Positions 47,525 through 58,160 are shown, counted from the first letter of the stretch. The stretch is DNA of 64,000 nucleotides from an uncultured delta proteobacterium (GCA_963711565.1 CAVQEQ010000004.1:352001-416000); one strand, 5' to 3'. Notes: generated from the letters alone by a model not told the origin. Numbers and translations: made by a program.

Positions 47525-50062
47525 GTGACAGGGCGATCATTGGGGGGTTGGGTGCTGGGTGCGGCGGCGTTTGTCGCAGTTGTCTCGGGCACAAATATAA
47601 TTGGCCATGCGGCGGTCCTGCCGGGCAAATCTCGCACTGACGGCGTGCATCGGGCAGCACGCGCGCTGGAGCCCGGCTTCACCGGAACGACGCTCTACCG
47701 CAACGATAATTTCCGCACCGGGCAAAACCTCGCCGAGAGCATCCTGACTCCATCGACGGTCACGGCGTCGCAATTCGGTTTGCAGTTTACCGACGCGATC
47801 GACGGGGCTGCCTACGCTGAGCCCCTGTACGTCCCCAACGTGTCGATCCCGGGTCAGGGAACGCACAACGTCGTGTACGTCGCGACGGAAAACGACAGCC
47901 TCTATGCCTTCGACGCCGACAGTGCGGGACCTGCCCTTTGGCAGACAAGCTTTATCAATCCAGCGCTTGGAATTACCGCGGTGCCCGCGACAGATCTCGG
48001 ATGCGGCGACCTTACGCCGATTATCGGGATCACCGCGACACCGGTGATCGATCCCAACACCGGGACACTTTACGTCGTGTCCAAGGTCAAGCTGGGTCCC
48101 GGCATCTATCAGCAGCAACTTCACGCGCTCGACATCACGACCGGACTCGAGCAGGCGAACAGCCCGGTAACGATTGCGGCGAGTGTGGCGGGAACCGCAC
48201 CTGATGCGGTCAAGGGGATCATTACCTTCAATCCGCTGCTGCAACACGACCGGCCGGCACTGACGCTCGACAACGGCGTGGTGTATTTGAGCTTCGCGTC
48301 GCATTGCGACATCACGCCCTACCATGGATGGATTCTCGGCTACGATGAAACGTCATTGAAGCAGGAGATCGTTTACAACACGACGCCGAACGGCGACGAT
48401 GGCGGCATCTGGGAGTCGGGATGCGGTCCGGGCGTCGACAGCAACGGCGATCTGATCGCGATCAGCGGCAACGGGACTTTCGATACCGGCGCGTCCCCGG
48501 TCGATTACGGCGACAGCTTTCTGCGGCTGACGCCCGGTGTCGGAACAACCGGGACAATGACAGTCAGCAGCTTCTTCACGCCGCTCAACGAGCTCCTGCT
48601 CGAGGATGACGACCTGGACATGGGTTCGGGTGGCAACCTGATGCTGCCGACTCAGCCCGGGCCGTATCCCGATCTGATGGTCGGCGCGGGCAAGGTCGGC
48701 AACCTCTATCTCGTGAATCGCGACAGCATGGGCGGATTCAACGCGAGCACGGATCAGATGGTCCAGGAGCTTGACTCCGCCGTGGGTGGGATGTTCAGCA
48801 CGGCCGCGTACTGGCAGGGAAACGTGCCGGGTGTTGGCCTGCAGAACATGATCTACACGGTTGGGGAAACTGATGTGCCCAAGATGTTTGTAATCTCGAA
48901 TGGAGTGATCCAGACGCCGCCGATGTCGGCCGCGTCAAAGTTTGCGTTTGCGTTCCCGGGAGCGTCGCCGGTTATCTCGGCTAACGGCACGACCGGCGGC
49001 ATCTTGTGGGCAATCAACAGCTCGGCCTACAAGACGGGTGGTAGTTCGGTGCTCTATGCCTTCGATGCTACCAACCTGGGGACCGAGCTGTACGACAGCA
49101 ACATGTTCAGTGCGGACAATCCCGGACTCGCGGTGAAGTTTACGGTTCCGACGGTAGCTAACGGCTCAGTATACGTGGGAACTCAGACTCAACTCGCGGT
49201 TTTCGGATTGTTCCCCGACGGGAGAAACCCGCCGACGCCGACTGCGACAGCCACAGCGACCGCAACTGCCACCGTGACTCCCACGCCAACCGCGACCATC
49301 ACGGCCACGCCGACGACAACACCGACGCCGACCGCGACCATCACGGCGACGCCGACAGCGACCGCGACTCCTACCGCGAGCATCATACCGACGCCTACCG
49401 TGATGCCGACGCCGACTCCCTTGCCGAGCCCGGTCTTCGCTACGCTCGCGGCCAACCCTACGTCGCTCTCGTTCCCGGACGAGGTTGTGGGCCATCAGAG
49501 CAAGTCGGAAAACATAAAGGTGACCAACACCGCTGCGATCGCGGAAGTAAGTTTGGCGCAGCCGACCGTCACTGGTGGATTCGTCGTGACCTCGTACGAT
49601 TGCCCGTCGGTGCTGCCGCCCCGAACCTCCTGTACGATTGGCGTCGCATTCGTTCCTCCCGCGAAAGGCAAGCAAAACGGACAGCTCCAGTTGACCAGCA
49701 ACGCCGAGTTCGGATCACGCGCAGTCAAACTCAAGGGCAAAGGCGTCGCACCGAAGATAAAGGCGCGGCCAAAATCGCTAAGCTTCCAGCAAGTATCGCC
49801 CGATGCCGTCAGCTCCCCTCAGAGCATCACGCTCGTCAATGACAGTCCGGCGCCAATCTCGTTCACTACGGCTCCAGCAGCGACCCCGCCCTTCAACGTG
49901 ACCGCAAACACCTGCAACACAATTGCGGCGAACGGAGGTACTTGCACAATCTCGGTCGAATTCGCTCCTAACAAACGCGGCAAGTACCACGGCACTCTCG
50001 AAATTCATGACGATGCGGCCGATAACCCTCAGCACATAAAGCTCTTCGGCAACTCGAAATAG
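47525..50062 (+). CDS. secreted PQQ-like beta-propeller protein with PT linker and two Ig-like (ASH/choice-of-anchor D) domains
   Basis: Signal peptide, NVVYVATENDSLYAFDA, GITATPVID, KFTVPTVANG, (PT/AT)n linker, two C..C.I.V.F.P domains. Confidence 0.85.
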   Translation: MTGRSLGGWVLGAAAFVAVVSGTNIIGHAAVLPGKSRTDGVHRAARALEPGFTGTTLYRNDNFRTGQNLAESILTPSTVTASQFGLQFTDAIDGAAYAEPLYVPNVSIPGQGTHNVVYVATENDSLYAFDADSAGPALWQTSFINPALGITAVPATDLGCGDLTPIIGITATPVIDPNTGTLYVVSKVKLGPGIYQQQLHALDITTGLEQANSPVTIAASVAGTAPDAVKGIITFNPLLQHDRPALTLDNGVVYLSFASHCDITPYHGWILGYDETSLKQEIVYNTTPNGDDGGIWESGCGPGVDSNGDLIAISGNGTFDTGASPVDYGDSFLRLTPGVGTTGTMTVSSFFTPLNELLLEDDDLDMGSGGNLMLPTQPGPYPDLMVGAGKVGNLYLVNRDSMGGFNASTDQMVQELDSAVGGMFSTAAYWQGNVPGVGLQNMIYTVGETDVPKMFVISNGVIQTPPMSAASKFAFAFPGASPVISANGTTGGILWAINSSAYKTGGSSVLYAFDATNLGTELYDSNMFSADNPGLAVKFTVPTVANGSVYVGTQTQLAVFGLFPDGRNPPTPTATATATATATVTPTPTATITATPTTTPTPTATITATPTATATPTASIIPTPTVMPTPTPLPSPVFATLAANPTSLSFPDEVVGHQSKSENIKVTNTAAIAEVSLAQPTVTGGFVVTSYDCPSVLPPRTSCTIGVAFVPPAKGKQNGQLQLTSNAEFGSRAVKLKGKGVAPKIKARPKSLSFQQVSPDAVSSPQSITLVNDSPAPISFTTAPAATPPFNVTANTCNTIAANGGTCTISVEFAPNKRGKYHGTLEIHDDAADNPQHIKLFGNSK

Positions 50063-50153
50063 AGAGTCGCAAGCGCGCAAAACCCCGCTTGCCGGGGGTT
50101 TCGCGATCTGAAACCCTTAGCCAATCGACGTGCGCCTCGCGCGCGCAATCGCG

Positions 50154-51488
50154 ATGCAGGCCGCTAATCCAAACCGCTCGTCCGAAAAACTGAAAGTAGC
50201 GCCGTGGATTCCGAGGCCGCGCCGTTACCTGGCGGCGTTGTTCGCGATGCTGATGTCGGCCACGATTTTCGAAGGCTACGACATCACGATCTTCCACCTG
50301 GCGACGCCCGAGATCGCGCGGACCTTTCACCTGGCCGATCCCTCCATCGGCCTGATGGCTAGCATCGTGCGCTTCGGCGGGATGCTGTCGTTCTTTGTGG
50401 TAATCCTCGCCGATCGTTACGGCCGTAAACCGATCATCTCGGTAACCGTACTCTGCTACACGACGCTCACCTTGTTCACTGCGCTCTCCAGAGGCGTGGC
50501 CTCGTTTACGATCTTTCAAAGCCTGGCGCAGATATTCCTCGCCGCTGAGTTCGGGGTCGCGGTCACGATGATCAGCGAGGAGTTTCCCGACGAACGCCGC
50601 GGCCGCGCGATCGCGGCGCTGCACATGGTGGCGTTTCTCGGAGTCACTGCCGCCGCTCTCACCTACGCGCTCATGGCGGAATCGCGATGGGGATGGCGCG
50701 GGATGTACCTGCTCGGGATCGCGCCGCTGGTGATGGTTTGGTATTTGCGGCGCGGACTGCGCGAGACGGCCCGCTTCACCGCGCTCGAGCGGGCGCGGAC
50801 GACGGCGGGCCAGGCGCGTCCGGCATTCTGGACGTCGATTCGCAATTGCCTGACGCCGCTTGCCGGTCCGTACCGGTCGCGCCTGCTGTTGATGGCCGGC
50901 CTATGGAACTCGATCGGATTGATCGGCGGGCCGACCGTTACCTACTTCAGCCTCTATGCCAAACGCGATCATCATTGGAAATCTCATCAGGTCGCCGCGG
51001 CAATAATTGCGGCCTACGCCTTGGGCACGATCGGCAGCATGCTGAGCGGATTTCTGATGGACCGGCTGGGACGAAAATTCACCACCAGCTTTTTCTACCT
51101 GATGTCGGCGGCGGCGATGTACGTGCTGTTCACCAGCGACACCTACGGCGCAATCCTCGCGGGCGAAGTCGTCACGATGTTCGCGTATCAAGCGGCGCGC
51201 ACCGCGACCTCGGCGCTCTCGACCGAGTTGTTTCCGACCGCCATTCGAGCGACCGGATACAATCTGTGCGTGCAGGTGATCGGACAGATCTGCTGGATGC
51301 TGTCGCCGGTCGTTATCGGCATGCTGTCGCCGCGGGTTGGCGGCTTGGGCAACGCGGCGGCCCCATTCGCGATCGGCCCGCTGATTGGCGTCGTGCTGGT
51401 AATCTGGTTCGTCCCCGAAACTCGCGGCAAGACCCTGGAGGAACTCTCGCCGGGCGTCGGAGAAGCGCCGTCTGCTACGACAGAATAA
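50154..51488 (+). CDS. MFS transporter (aromatic acid/sugar-like)
   Basis: LADRYGRK, EEFPDERRG, MDRLGRK, ELFPTAIR, PETRGKTLEE. Confidence 0.9.
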   Translation: MQAANPNRSSEKLKVAPWIPRPRRYLAALFAMLMSATIFEGYDITIFHLATPEIARTFHLADPSIGLMASIVRFGGMLSFFVVILADRYGRKPIISVTVLCYTTLTLFTALSRGVASFTIFQSLAQIFLAAEFGVAVTMISEEFPDERRGRAIAALHMVAFLGVTAAALTYALMAESRWGWRGMYLLGIAPLVMVWYLRRGLRETARFTALERARTTAGQARPAFWTSIRNCLTPLAGPYRSRLLLMAGLWNSIGLIGGPTVTYFSLYAKRDHHWKSHQVAAAIIAAYALGTIGSMLSGFLMDRLGRKFTTSFFYLMSAAAMYVLFTSDTYGAILAGEVVTMFAYQAARTATSALSTELFPTAIRATGYNLCVQVIGQICWMLSPVVIGMLSPRVGGLGNAAAPFAIGPLIGVVLVIWFVPETRGKTLEELSPGVGEAPSATTE

Positions 51489-51497
51489 ATCGCAACG

Positions 51498-51983
51498 CTA
51501 ACGCCCGAGCCTGGCCTTGATTTCGTTCACGATGGCTTCTGGAGCGGCCGCGACATCGACGACGATCGCGTCGCGGGGCTCCTCGAGCGTGTCGAACTGA
51601 CTCTGTAGAAGATCCGGATTCATGAAATGATCGGTGCGGTTGCGCAGCCGCTGGGCAATTACTTCTTTCGACCCCCTCAGATAGACGACTTTCACCAGAT
51701 TCGGATCCACGACAATCTCGTCGCGGTACGACTGCTTGAGCGCGGAGCATGCGACGACTCCGTCGCGGCCTGCCGACAGCATCGCCTCGATCAACTTTCG
51801 TATCTCGCCCAGCCACGGCGCGCGATCCGAGTCATCGAGCGCGATGCCGCGATGCATCTTGCGCTTGCTTGCCTCGCTGTGAAGATCGTCGCCGTCGTGG
51901 AACTCCCAGCCAAGCGCCGCCGCGAGCGCGCGCCCAATCGTCGTCTTGCCGGCGCCCGTCGCTCCCATCACGATTACGACCAT
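51498..51983 (-). CDS. gntK: gluconokinase
   Basis: MGATGAGKTT, DGDDLH, LDDSDRAPWL, ACSALK, HFM..LLQSQFDTLEEP. Confidence 0.92.
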   Translation of the reverse strand: MVVIVMGATGAGKTTIGRALAAALGWEFHDGDDLHSEASKRKMHRGIALDDSDRAPWLGEIRKLIEAMLSAGRDGVVACSALKQSYRDEIVVDPNLVKVVYLRGSKEVIAQRLRNRTDHFMNPDLLQSQFDTLEEPRDAIVVDVAAAPEAIVNEIKARLGR

Positions 51984-52019
51984 AGCATTCCTCACCGCAC
52001 ATCTTCATTCTACTTTCCG

Positions 52020-53264
52020 GTGCCTGAAGTAAATATCGCGGCTGAACATGACAAGAGCGCGACCGCGTTCGGCTCGCTGTTCCCGCTCTACGTCGTCATC
52101 TTTTTCGGCTTCGTCGGCTACAGCCTGATGATCACGATCTTCACGCCGATGTTCCTCAAGCCCGAGAGCGCGATTCTTCCGGCCGGGGTCACGTCGTCGT
52201 ATCGCACGATCGTGCTCGGCATCGTGCTTGGACTTTATCCGGCCGGGCAGTTTATCGGATCCCCCGTTATGGGCGCGCTATCGGATCGGTACGGCCGCCG
52301 GCCGGTGCTGCTGATTTCGCTCAGCGTGACCACTGCCTGCTACGCGGTAATAGCGGTCTCGTTGGAAGCGCTGAGCCTGGCGACGCTCTGCGCGAGCCTA
52401 TTCATCGCGGGCCTCGCCGAGGCAAACATCGTGACGGCGCAGAGCGCAATCGCCGACGTTGTCGCCGCCGAGGATCGCAACCGCTTCTTCGGCTACATCT
52501 ATATGTGTAGCAGCCTCGCATACATCGTCGGTCCTTTGGTGGGCGGCAAGCTGGCCGAGCCATCGGTCGTAAGCTGGTTCAACTACGCGACTCCCTTCTG
52601 GGTGGTGTTCGGATTGCTGGTCCTGACGACGCTCGCCACGGCGCTCAAATTCCGCGAAACGAATCCGCCCGCGAGGCGCCGGCAGATTAGCTACTTCGAG
52701 GCCTTCACGAACCTGGCGGGCGTGTTTACGGACCGGCGGATTCGCGTCCTCTACCTAATCAACTTTCTGCTCTATTTGGCTATTTTCGGATTTTTCAGAT
52801 GCTATCCAATGTACCTGGTCGATGAATTCCATCTCGGCGTCTCGCGCGAATCTGAGTATATCGCCTGGGTCGGACTGCCTATTGTACTTGCTAATCTCTG
52901 GCTGACTGGCTATCTCGCGAAACACTTCATGACGCGCTCGCTGACGTTCTGGTCCGGATTGCTGACCGGAATCTTCATGATCGTCGTAGTCGTTCCGCCA
53001 AATCGGGGTGCGCTGTGGGTGACATTGTTCCTGACTTCGCTCGCACTGGCGATATGTCTGCCGTCGTGCGCGACGATGCTTTCAACGTCGGTTGGCGAAG
53101 CCGATCAGGGACGCGTCATGGGCAACAACCAGGCCTTGCAGGTCGGCGCCGAGTCGCTCTCGGGATTGTTGGGCGGGCTGCTTGCCGCAATCATGGTGAA
53201 ACTGTCCCTGGTCGTGCTGGGAGCGGTCGCCATCGCCGCCGCCGGCGTGCTCCTTCTCGTCTGA
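52020..53264 (+). CDS. MFS transporter (TCR/Tet-like)
   Basis: GALSDRYGRRPVLL, AIADV, IVGPLVGG, about 12 TMs. GTG start inferred. Confidence 0.88.
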   Translation: MPEVNIAAEHDKSATAFGSLFPLYVVIFFGFVGYSLMITIFTPMFLKPESAILPAGVTSSYRTIVLGIVLGLYPAGQFIGSPVMGALSDRYGRRPVLLISLSVTTACYAVIAVSLEALSLATLCASLFIAGLAEANIVTAQSAIADVVAAEDRNRFFGYIYMCSSLAYIVGPLVGGKLAEPSVVSWFNYATPFWVVFGLLVLTTLATALKFRETNPPARRRQISYFEAFTNLAGVFTDRRIRVLYLINFLLYLAIFGFFRCYPMYLVDEFHLGVSRESEYIAWVGLPIVLANLWLTGYLAKHFMTRSLTFWSGLLTGIFMIVVVVPPNRGALWVTLFLTSLALAICLPSCATMLSTSVGEADQGRVMGNNQALQVGAESLSGLLGGLLAAIMVKLSLVVLGAVAIAAAGVLLLV

Positions 53265-53367
53265 CGAACGCGCGCAAGCGGGTATTGCCCTTCCTTGACA
53301 GTTCGCGGGGTCCGTCTAACATACGATTGTTAGGCGAATCGAAGTAGCCGCTTCGGAGGTATCGCAA

Positions 53368-54603
53368 ATGTCAGGCGCAAATGTCGGCGAAATCAACGAA
53401 CCCAACCGTTGGCGACTCGAGACTCCGGGGCACGCGGGATGGAAGCGCACGGCGCGTCCCGACGATCCCGACAAGTACCTCATGATCTCGGCCGACTGTC
53501 ATTGCGCCGAGCCGGGGAATCTCTGGTACGAGCGAATCGATCGAAAGTATCGCGATCGGCTGCCGCGAATCGAAGTCGATGAGAACGGCGTCAAGTGGGC
53601 CATTTCAGAAGGATGGGCGCGTTCGCGCCTGCTCGACAATCCTCTCCACGGCGAGGATCACCTGCGCGCAAAGGCCGGCTCGGATCCCGAGCAGCGGCTC
53701 AAGGATCAAATCCGCGACGGCGTCGATGCCGAAGTGATCTTCCCCAACAAGGGCCTCTCGATGTGGGCGACGACCAACGCCGGCTTCGCGCATGCGCAAT
53801 GCCGCGTTTACAACGAATGGGCGTGGGAGACCTTCGCCAAGTACAACGATCGCATGTCGCCGCTCGCCGCGATTGCAACGGCCGACCTGCCGGGCTCAAT
53901 CGCCGAAATCGAGCGTGTCGCGAGGCTTGGATTTCGCGGCCTGACTCTGCCGTGCAAGCCGATCTTCGGCGCGCATGACGCGCGCCATCCCAACTACAAT
54001 CTGCCGATCTTCGATCCGATGTGGGCGTTGATCCAGGAAGTGGATCTGCCGATCACCTTCCACGTCTCGACTGGACGCGACCCGCGCGCCGCACGCAAAG
54101 ACGGCGGCGCGGTCATCAACTACGTTTCACATTCGCTCGTCCCGACCATCGAGCCGGTCGCAAATCTGTGCGGATCCGGCGTGCTCGAGCGCTTCCCCGG
54201 ACTCAAATTCGCGGCCATCGAATCCGGCATCGGATGGGTCGCGTGGGCTCTGGGAGCCATGGACGAGGCCTACCACAAGCACCACATGTGGGCGCTGCCG
54301 CGGCTCAAGATGCTCCCGAGTGAGTATTTCCGCAAGCACGGATACGCATCGTTCCAGGAAGATCCGGTCGGTCTCGATCTGGCGGTGAAATATAATCTGA
54401 CCAACAACTTCCTGTGGGCGAATGACTATCCGCATCACGAGGGCAGCTGGCCTCATTCGGCGGAGGCGATCGAGCGCGAGATGGGCGGTCTGCCCGAAGA
54501 CGCGCGCGCGAAAATCCTCGGCCTGAATGCGGCGCGCCTGTTCAAGTTCGACGCGGACGCGCTGACGAAGTCGCGTCGCGATCGAGTCGCCGCGGCGAAC
54601 TGA
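53368..54603 (+). CDS. amidohydrolase family 2 protein
   Basis: ISADCH, DGVDAEVIFP, FHV, IESGIGW, WANDYPHHEG. Confidence 0.9.
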   Translation: MSGANVGEINEPNRWRLETPGHAGWKRTARPDDPDKYLMISADCHCAEPGNLWYERIDRKYRDRLPRIEVDENGVKWAISEGWARSRLLDNPLHGEDHLRAKAGSDPEQRLKDQIRDGVDAEVIFPNKGLSMWATTNAGFAHAQCRVYNEWAWETFAKYNDRMSPLAAIATADLPGSIAEIERVARLGFRGLTLPCKPIFGAHDARHPNYNLPIFDPMWALIQEVDLPITFHVSTGRDPRAARKDGGAVINYVSHSLVPTIEPVANLCGSGVLERFPGLKFAAIESGIGWVAWALGAMDEAYHKHHMWALPRLKMLPSEYFRKHGYASFQEDPVGLDLAVKYNLTNNFLWANDYPHHEGSWPHSAEAIEREMGGLPEDARAKILGLNAARLFKFDADALTKSRRDRVAAAN

Positions 54604-54614
54604 ATCGGCTGTCA

Positions 54615-55472
54615 ATGCCGTCGTCCGAATTCTCGCATCACTACGCCAACCTCGAAGGCGTGCGGATCCATTACGTGACGATGGGGCAGGGCAGCCCGGT
54701 CGTGTTGCTCCACGGATGGCCGCAGACCTGGTACGAATGGCGCCGTGTGATGCCTCTGCTCGCCGACAAGTACTCGCTCGTCGCGCCCGACTTGCGCGGG
54801 CTCGGCGATTCTTCGCGGCCAACCTCCGGCTATGACAAGAAAACCGTCGCCAACGACATCTGGATGCTCATGCACGATCATCTCAAGCACTCGCGCTTCG
54901 CCGTCGTCGGTCATGATTGGGGCGCGCCCGTTGCGTTTAGGCTCGCCGCCGATCATCCAGCTGAAGTGACGCATCTCGCGCTGCTCGACGTTCCCGTCCC
55001 CGGCGATCAGCCCGCCGGCGCGGCTATCGGCGGCGCACGATGGTGGCACTTGTTCCATCAGGTGCCCGATTTGCCCGAGGCGCTGGTGTACGGCCGCGAG
55101 CGGCTCTACCTGGAGTTCTTCTACATGAACGGATGCGACCAGGCCGGCGTGATTGGCGACGCCGACATCGCCGAATACGTGCGGACCTACTCGCAGGCGG
55201 GCGCGATGCGCGCGGGATTCAACTTTTACCGCGCGCTGCCGAAAGACGTTGCCGACAATCGCGCGACATTCGCGACCGGATTCAAACTTCCCATGCCGAC
55301 GTTGGGACTCGGCGGCGGCGGTCCGCGCGGCCGCGGCGATCTGGTGGTCGAATCGCTCCGCCGCGTCGCTGTCCATGCGTCCGGCGGATCGATTGCCGAT
55401 TGCGGTCATTTCATCCCAGAAGAGAAACCCGTCGAGCTCGCCAACCACTTGCGCGAATTTTTCAACAAGTAG
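54615..55472 (+). CDS. alpha/beta hydrolase (epoxide hydrolase-like)
   Basis: LLHGWP, PDLRGLG, VGHDWG, CGHFIPEE. Confidence 0.9.
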   Translation: MPSSEFSHHYANLEGVRIHYVTMGQGSPVVLLHGWPQTWYEWRRVMPLLADKYSLVAPDLRGLGDSSRPTSGYDKKTVANDIWMLMHDHLKHSRFAVVGHDWGAPVAFRLAADHPAEVTHLALLDVPVPGDQPAGAAIGGARWWHLFHQVPDLPEALVYGRERLYLEFFYMNGCDQAGVIGDADIAEYVRTYSQAGAMRAGFNFYRALPKDVADNRATFATGFKLPMPTLGLGGGGPRGRGDLVVESLRRVAVHASGGSIADCGHFIPEEKPVELANHLREFFNK

Positions 55473-55534
55473 GTTCAGCACAGATTCCTGTTCCCCCCTT
55501 TTCCCCGGAAAGGCTCGTGGCAATCATTCCGAGT

Positions 55535-55641
55535 TCCCCCTTTCCATTCTGGAAAGGGGGTTAGGGGGATAGGACGCGCGCTCTTCCTGAATTTCTGTTT
55601 CCCCTTCCCCATTCTGATGGGGAAGGGGTTAGGGGTTAGGG
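55535..55641. repeat. tandem pair of family C palindromes
   Basis: CCCCCTTTCCATTCTGGAAAGGGGGTTAGGGGGATAGG and CCCCTTCCCCATTCTGATGGGGAAGGGGTTAGGGGTTAGG. Confidence 0.8.
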
Positions 55642-55822
55642 TTCTTCCTTCACCAGCCGAGCGTCCCCGTGACACCTTGATGAACTGAACCTCCAACTCT
55701 TAGGCGCCTGGAATATCTAACGCCCGTTCGATTCCCTGAACGATCGGTATTGATTCCCCTTCCGTTCGCAACCGCACTCTGGTACGCCTCGCACATAACG
55801 TGATCGCCTGAGGAGAAACGCC

Positions 55823-57097
55823 GTGGACTTTAATATTCCTGCCGATGTAACCGCCTATCTGGCCGAGCTTGACGCGTTCATCGAGAAAGAGATCAAGCCG
55901 CTTGAACGCGAGAACGACAACATCCGCTTTTTCGACCATCGCCGCGAATGGGCGCGCACCGACTTCGAGCGCGACGGCCTGCCGCGCCATGAATGGGAGG
56001 CGCTGCTCGGCGAGATGCGCCGCCGCGCCGACAAGGCCGGGCACTATCGTTACGCGCTGCCCAAGGAATACGGCGGCAAGGACGGCACCAATCTCGCGAT
56101 GGCGATCATCCGTGAGTATCTGGCGGCCAAGGGCCTCGGCCTGCACAACGATTTGCAGAACGAAAGCTCGATCGTCGGCAATCTCCCAACGGTGCTGATG
56201 TTCCGCGACTTCGGCAACGATCAGCAGAAAAAAGAATTCATCCCCAAGCTGCTCGACGGCTCGATGCGCATCGCGTTCGGGCTCACCGAGCCCAATCACG
56301 GTTCCGACGCGACCTGGATGGAGACGCGCGGCGTTCGCGACGGCGACCACTGGCGAATCAGCGGCGCCAAGATGTGGAACACCGGCCTGCACGTCGCCAC
56401 GCACGATTTCGTGTTCGCGCGCACCAGCGGGAAAGACGGCAGCCCGCGTGGCATCACTTGCTTCATCGTTCCGACGAAAAGCGCGGGTTTCAAGATCGAG
56501 GAGTACATGTGGACGTTCAACATGCCAACCGATCACCCGCGCATCTCGCTCACTGACGTTGCAGTGCCGGCCGATTCGATTCTTGGCGATCCCGAAAACG
56601 GGCTGGCCGTGGCGCAGCTGTTCGTCCACGAGAATCGCGTTCGCCAGGCCGCGAGTTCGCTGGGGGCCGCGCAGTATTGCATCAACGAAAGCGTGAAGTA
56701 CGCCAAGACTCGCAAGCCGTTCGGCAAACCGCTGTCGAGCAACCAGGCGATTCAATGGCCGCTGGTCGAGCTGCACACTGAGGCCGAGATGATCCGCAAT
56801 CTCATTCACAAGACCGCGTGGCAGATGGATCAGATGTCGAAGCCCGAGGTCGCGCTGAAACTTTCCGACAAGGTCGCGATGTGCAACTACCGCGCGAACC
56901 GGCTGGTGTGCGACGCGGCGGACCGCGCGATGCAGGTGCATGGCGCGATCGGCTACTCGCGGCACAAGCCGTTCGAGCACATTTTCCGGCATCACCGGCG
57001 CTACCGCATCACGGAGGGCTCGGAGGAAATCCAGATGCGGCGCGTTGCGCAATACCTGTTCGGATTTTTCAAGGACCGCAAGCCGGCGGAAGAGTAG
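55823..57097 (+). CDS. acyl-CoA dehydrogenase (LvaC/ACAD10-11-like context)
   Basis: FGLTEPNHGSDA, QVHGAIG, RRYRITEGSEEIQ. Confidence 0.9.
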   Translation: MDFNIPADVTAYLAELDAFIEKEIKPLERENDNIRFFDHRREWARTDFERDGLPRHEWEALLGEMRRRADKAGHYRYALPKEYGGKDGTNLAMAIIREYLAAKGLGLHNDLQNESSIVGNLPTVLMFRDFGNDQQKKEFIPKLLDGSMRIAFGLTEPNHGSDATWMETRGVRDGDHWRISGAKMWNTGLHVATHDFVFARTSGKDGSPRGITCFIVPTKSAGFKIEEYMWTFNMPTDHPRISLTDVAVPADSILGDPENGLAVAQLFVHENRVRQAASSLGAAQYCINESVKYAKTRKPFGKPLSSNQAIQWPLVELHTEAEMIRNLIHKTAWQMDQMSKPEVALKLSDKVAMCNYRANRLVCDAADRAMQVHGAIGYSRHKPFEHIFRHHRRYRITEGSEEIQMRRVAQYLFGFFKDRKPAEE

Positions 57098-57118
57098 GGC
57101 GCCGCGCGCGAGACAAAC

Positions 57119-58123
57119 ATGAGCAGCGAAGATTTCGCCGCGCGCCTGCAAGCCGCAATCGCGCGCCACGTCGGACCGCCGGGCACAATCCATGACCTGC
57201 AACGATTGACCGGCGGCGCCAACAAGACGACGTGGTCGTTCGACGCGGACGTTGCCGGCGCGCGTGCGCAATTCATTCTGCAACTGGCCAGCCCCCGCGC
57301 CAACGACGAGAGCAATCCGCTAGCGGGAGTCTCGCCGCATCTGATCGCGGAGGAAGACGCGCGGCTGATGATCGCGGCGGTGAAGGCCGGCGTCCCGGCC
57401 CCGCGCGTACGTGCGATTCTGAAAGATGACGACGGGCTCGGTCCCGGCTACGTGACCGAAAGAGTGGCGGGCGAGACGCTGGCGACCAAAATTCTTCGCG
57501 AGGAACGCTTCGCCAACGCGCGCGCCACGATGGCGAAGCAGTGCGGCACGATCCTCGCCGCGATTCATCGCATCCCGCTTGCCGAAGTTCCCTTCCTGAT
57601 GAATCTGACGCCGGCCCAGCACATCGCGGCGCAGCGTCGAATCATCGAGTTCTTCGGCTTTCACTCGCCGGCGCTCAAGCTCGGCCTCAAATGGGCGGAA
57701 CAGCACGCGCCGCGAAATACTCGCCATACTGTGGTGCATGGTGACTTCCGCGCGGGCAACTTTATCGTCGGCGAAGAAGGGATCCGCCTGGTGCTGGATT
57801 GGGAAATCGGGCAGAGCGGCGACCCGATGCAGGACCTGGGCTGGGTATGCGTCAAAACGTGGCGCTTCGGCGGCAAGAGACCAGTCGGCGGCTTCGGCAC
57901 ACGCGAAGACTTGTTCGAAGCTTACGAGAAAGCCGGCGGACAATCCGTCGATCCGGCGCACGTTCGCTTCTGGGAAGCGTACGGCAGCGTGCGATGGGGC
58001 ATCGGATGCTTCAGCATGGGCACTCGCGGAACTGAGGAAGTCGGAATCGAGCGCTGCGCGATTGGACGCCGAGTCGAAGAGCCGCTGTGGGACTTTCTCA
58101 ATCTGATCGAAGGCCGCGACTGA
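57119..58123 (+). CDS. APH-family phosphotransferase (LvaA-like)
   Basis: LTGGANK, VHGDFRAGN, LDWE...GDPMQDLGW, ERCAIGRRV. Confidence 0.88.
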   Translation: MSSEDFAARLQAAIARHVGPPGTIHDLQRLTGGANKTTWSFDADVAGARAQFILQLASPRANDESNPLAGVSPHLIAEEDARLMIAAVKAGVPAPRVRAILKDDDGLGPGYVTERVAGETLATKILREERFANARATMAKQCGTILAAIHRIPLAEVPFLMNLTPAQHIAAQRRIIEFFGFHSPALKLGLKWAEQHAPRNTRHTVVHGDFRAGNFIVGEEGIRLVLDWEIGQSGDPMQDLGWVCVKTWRFGGKRPVGGFGTREDLFEAYEKAGGQSVDPAHVRFWEAYGSVRWGIGCFSMGTRGTEEVGIERCAIGRRVEEPLWDFLNLIEGRD

Positions 58124-58160
58124 CTAATCGAAATCTGTCAACTGACTACAGGACTGACTA

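Noticed and set aside
49225-49430. Low-complexity ACGCCGACC-type repeats
   Set aside because: They encode the Thr/Pro linker of the secreted protein.
51627-52019. N-terminal extension of the 545-aa MFS ORF
   Set aside because: It overlaps gluconokinase on the opposite strand, and MFS-like sequence begins only near 52020.
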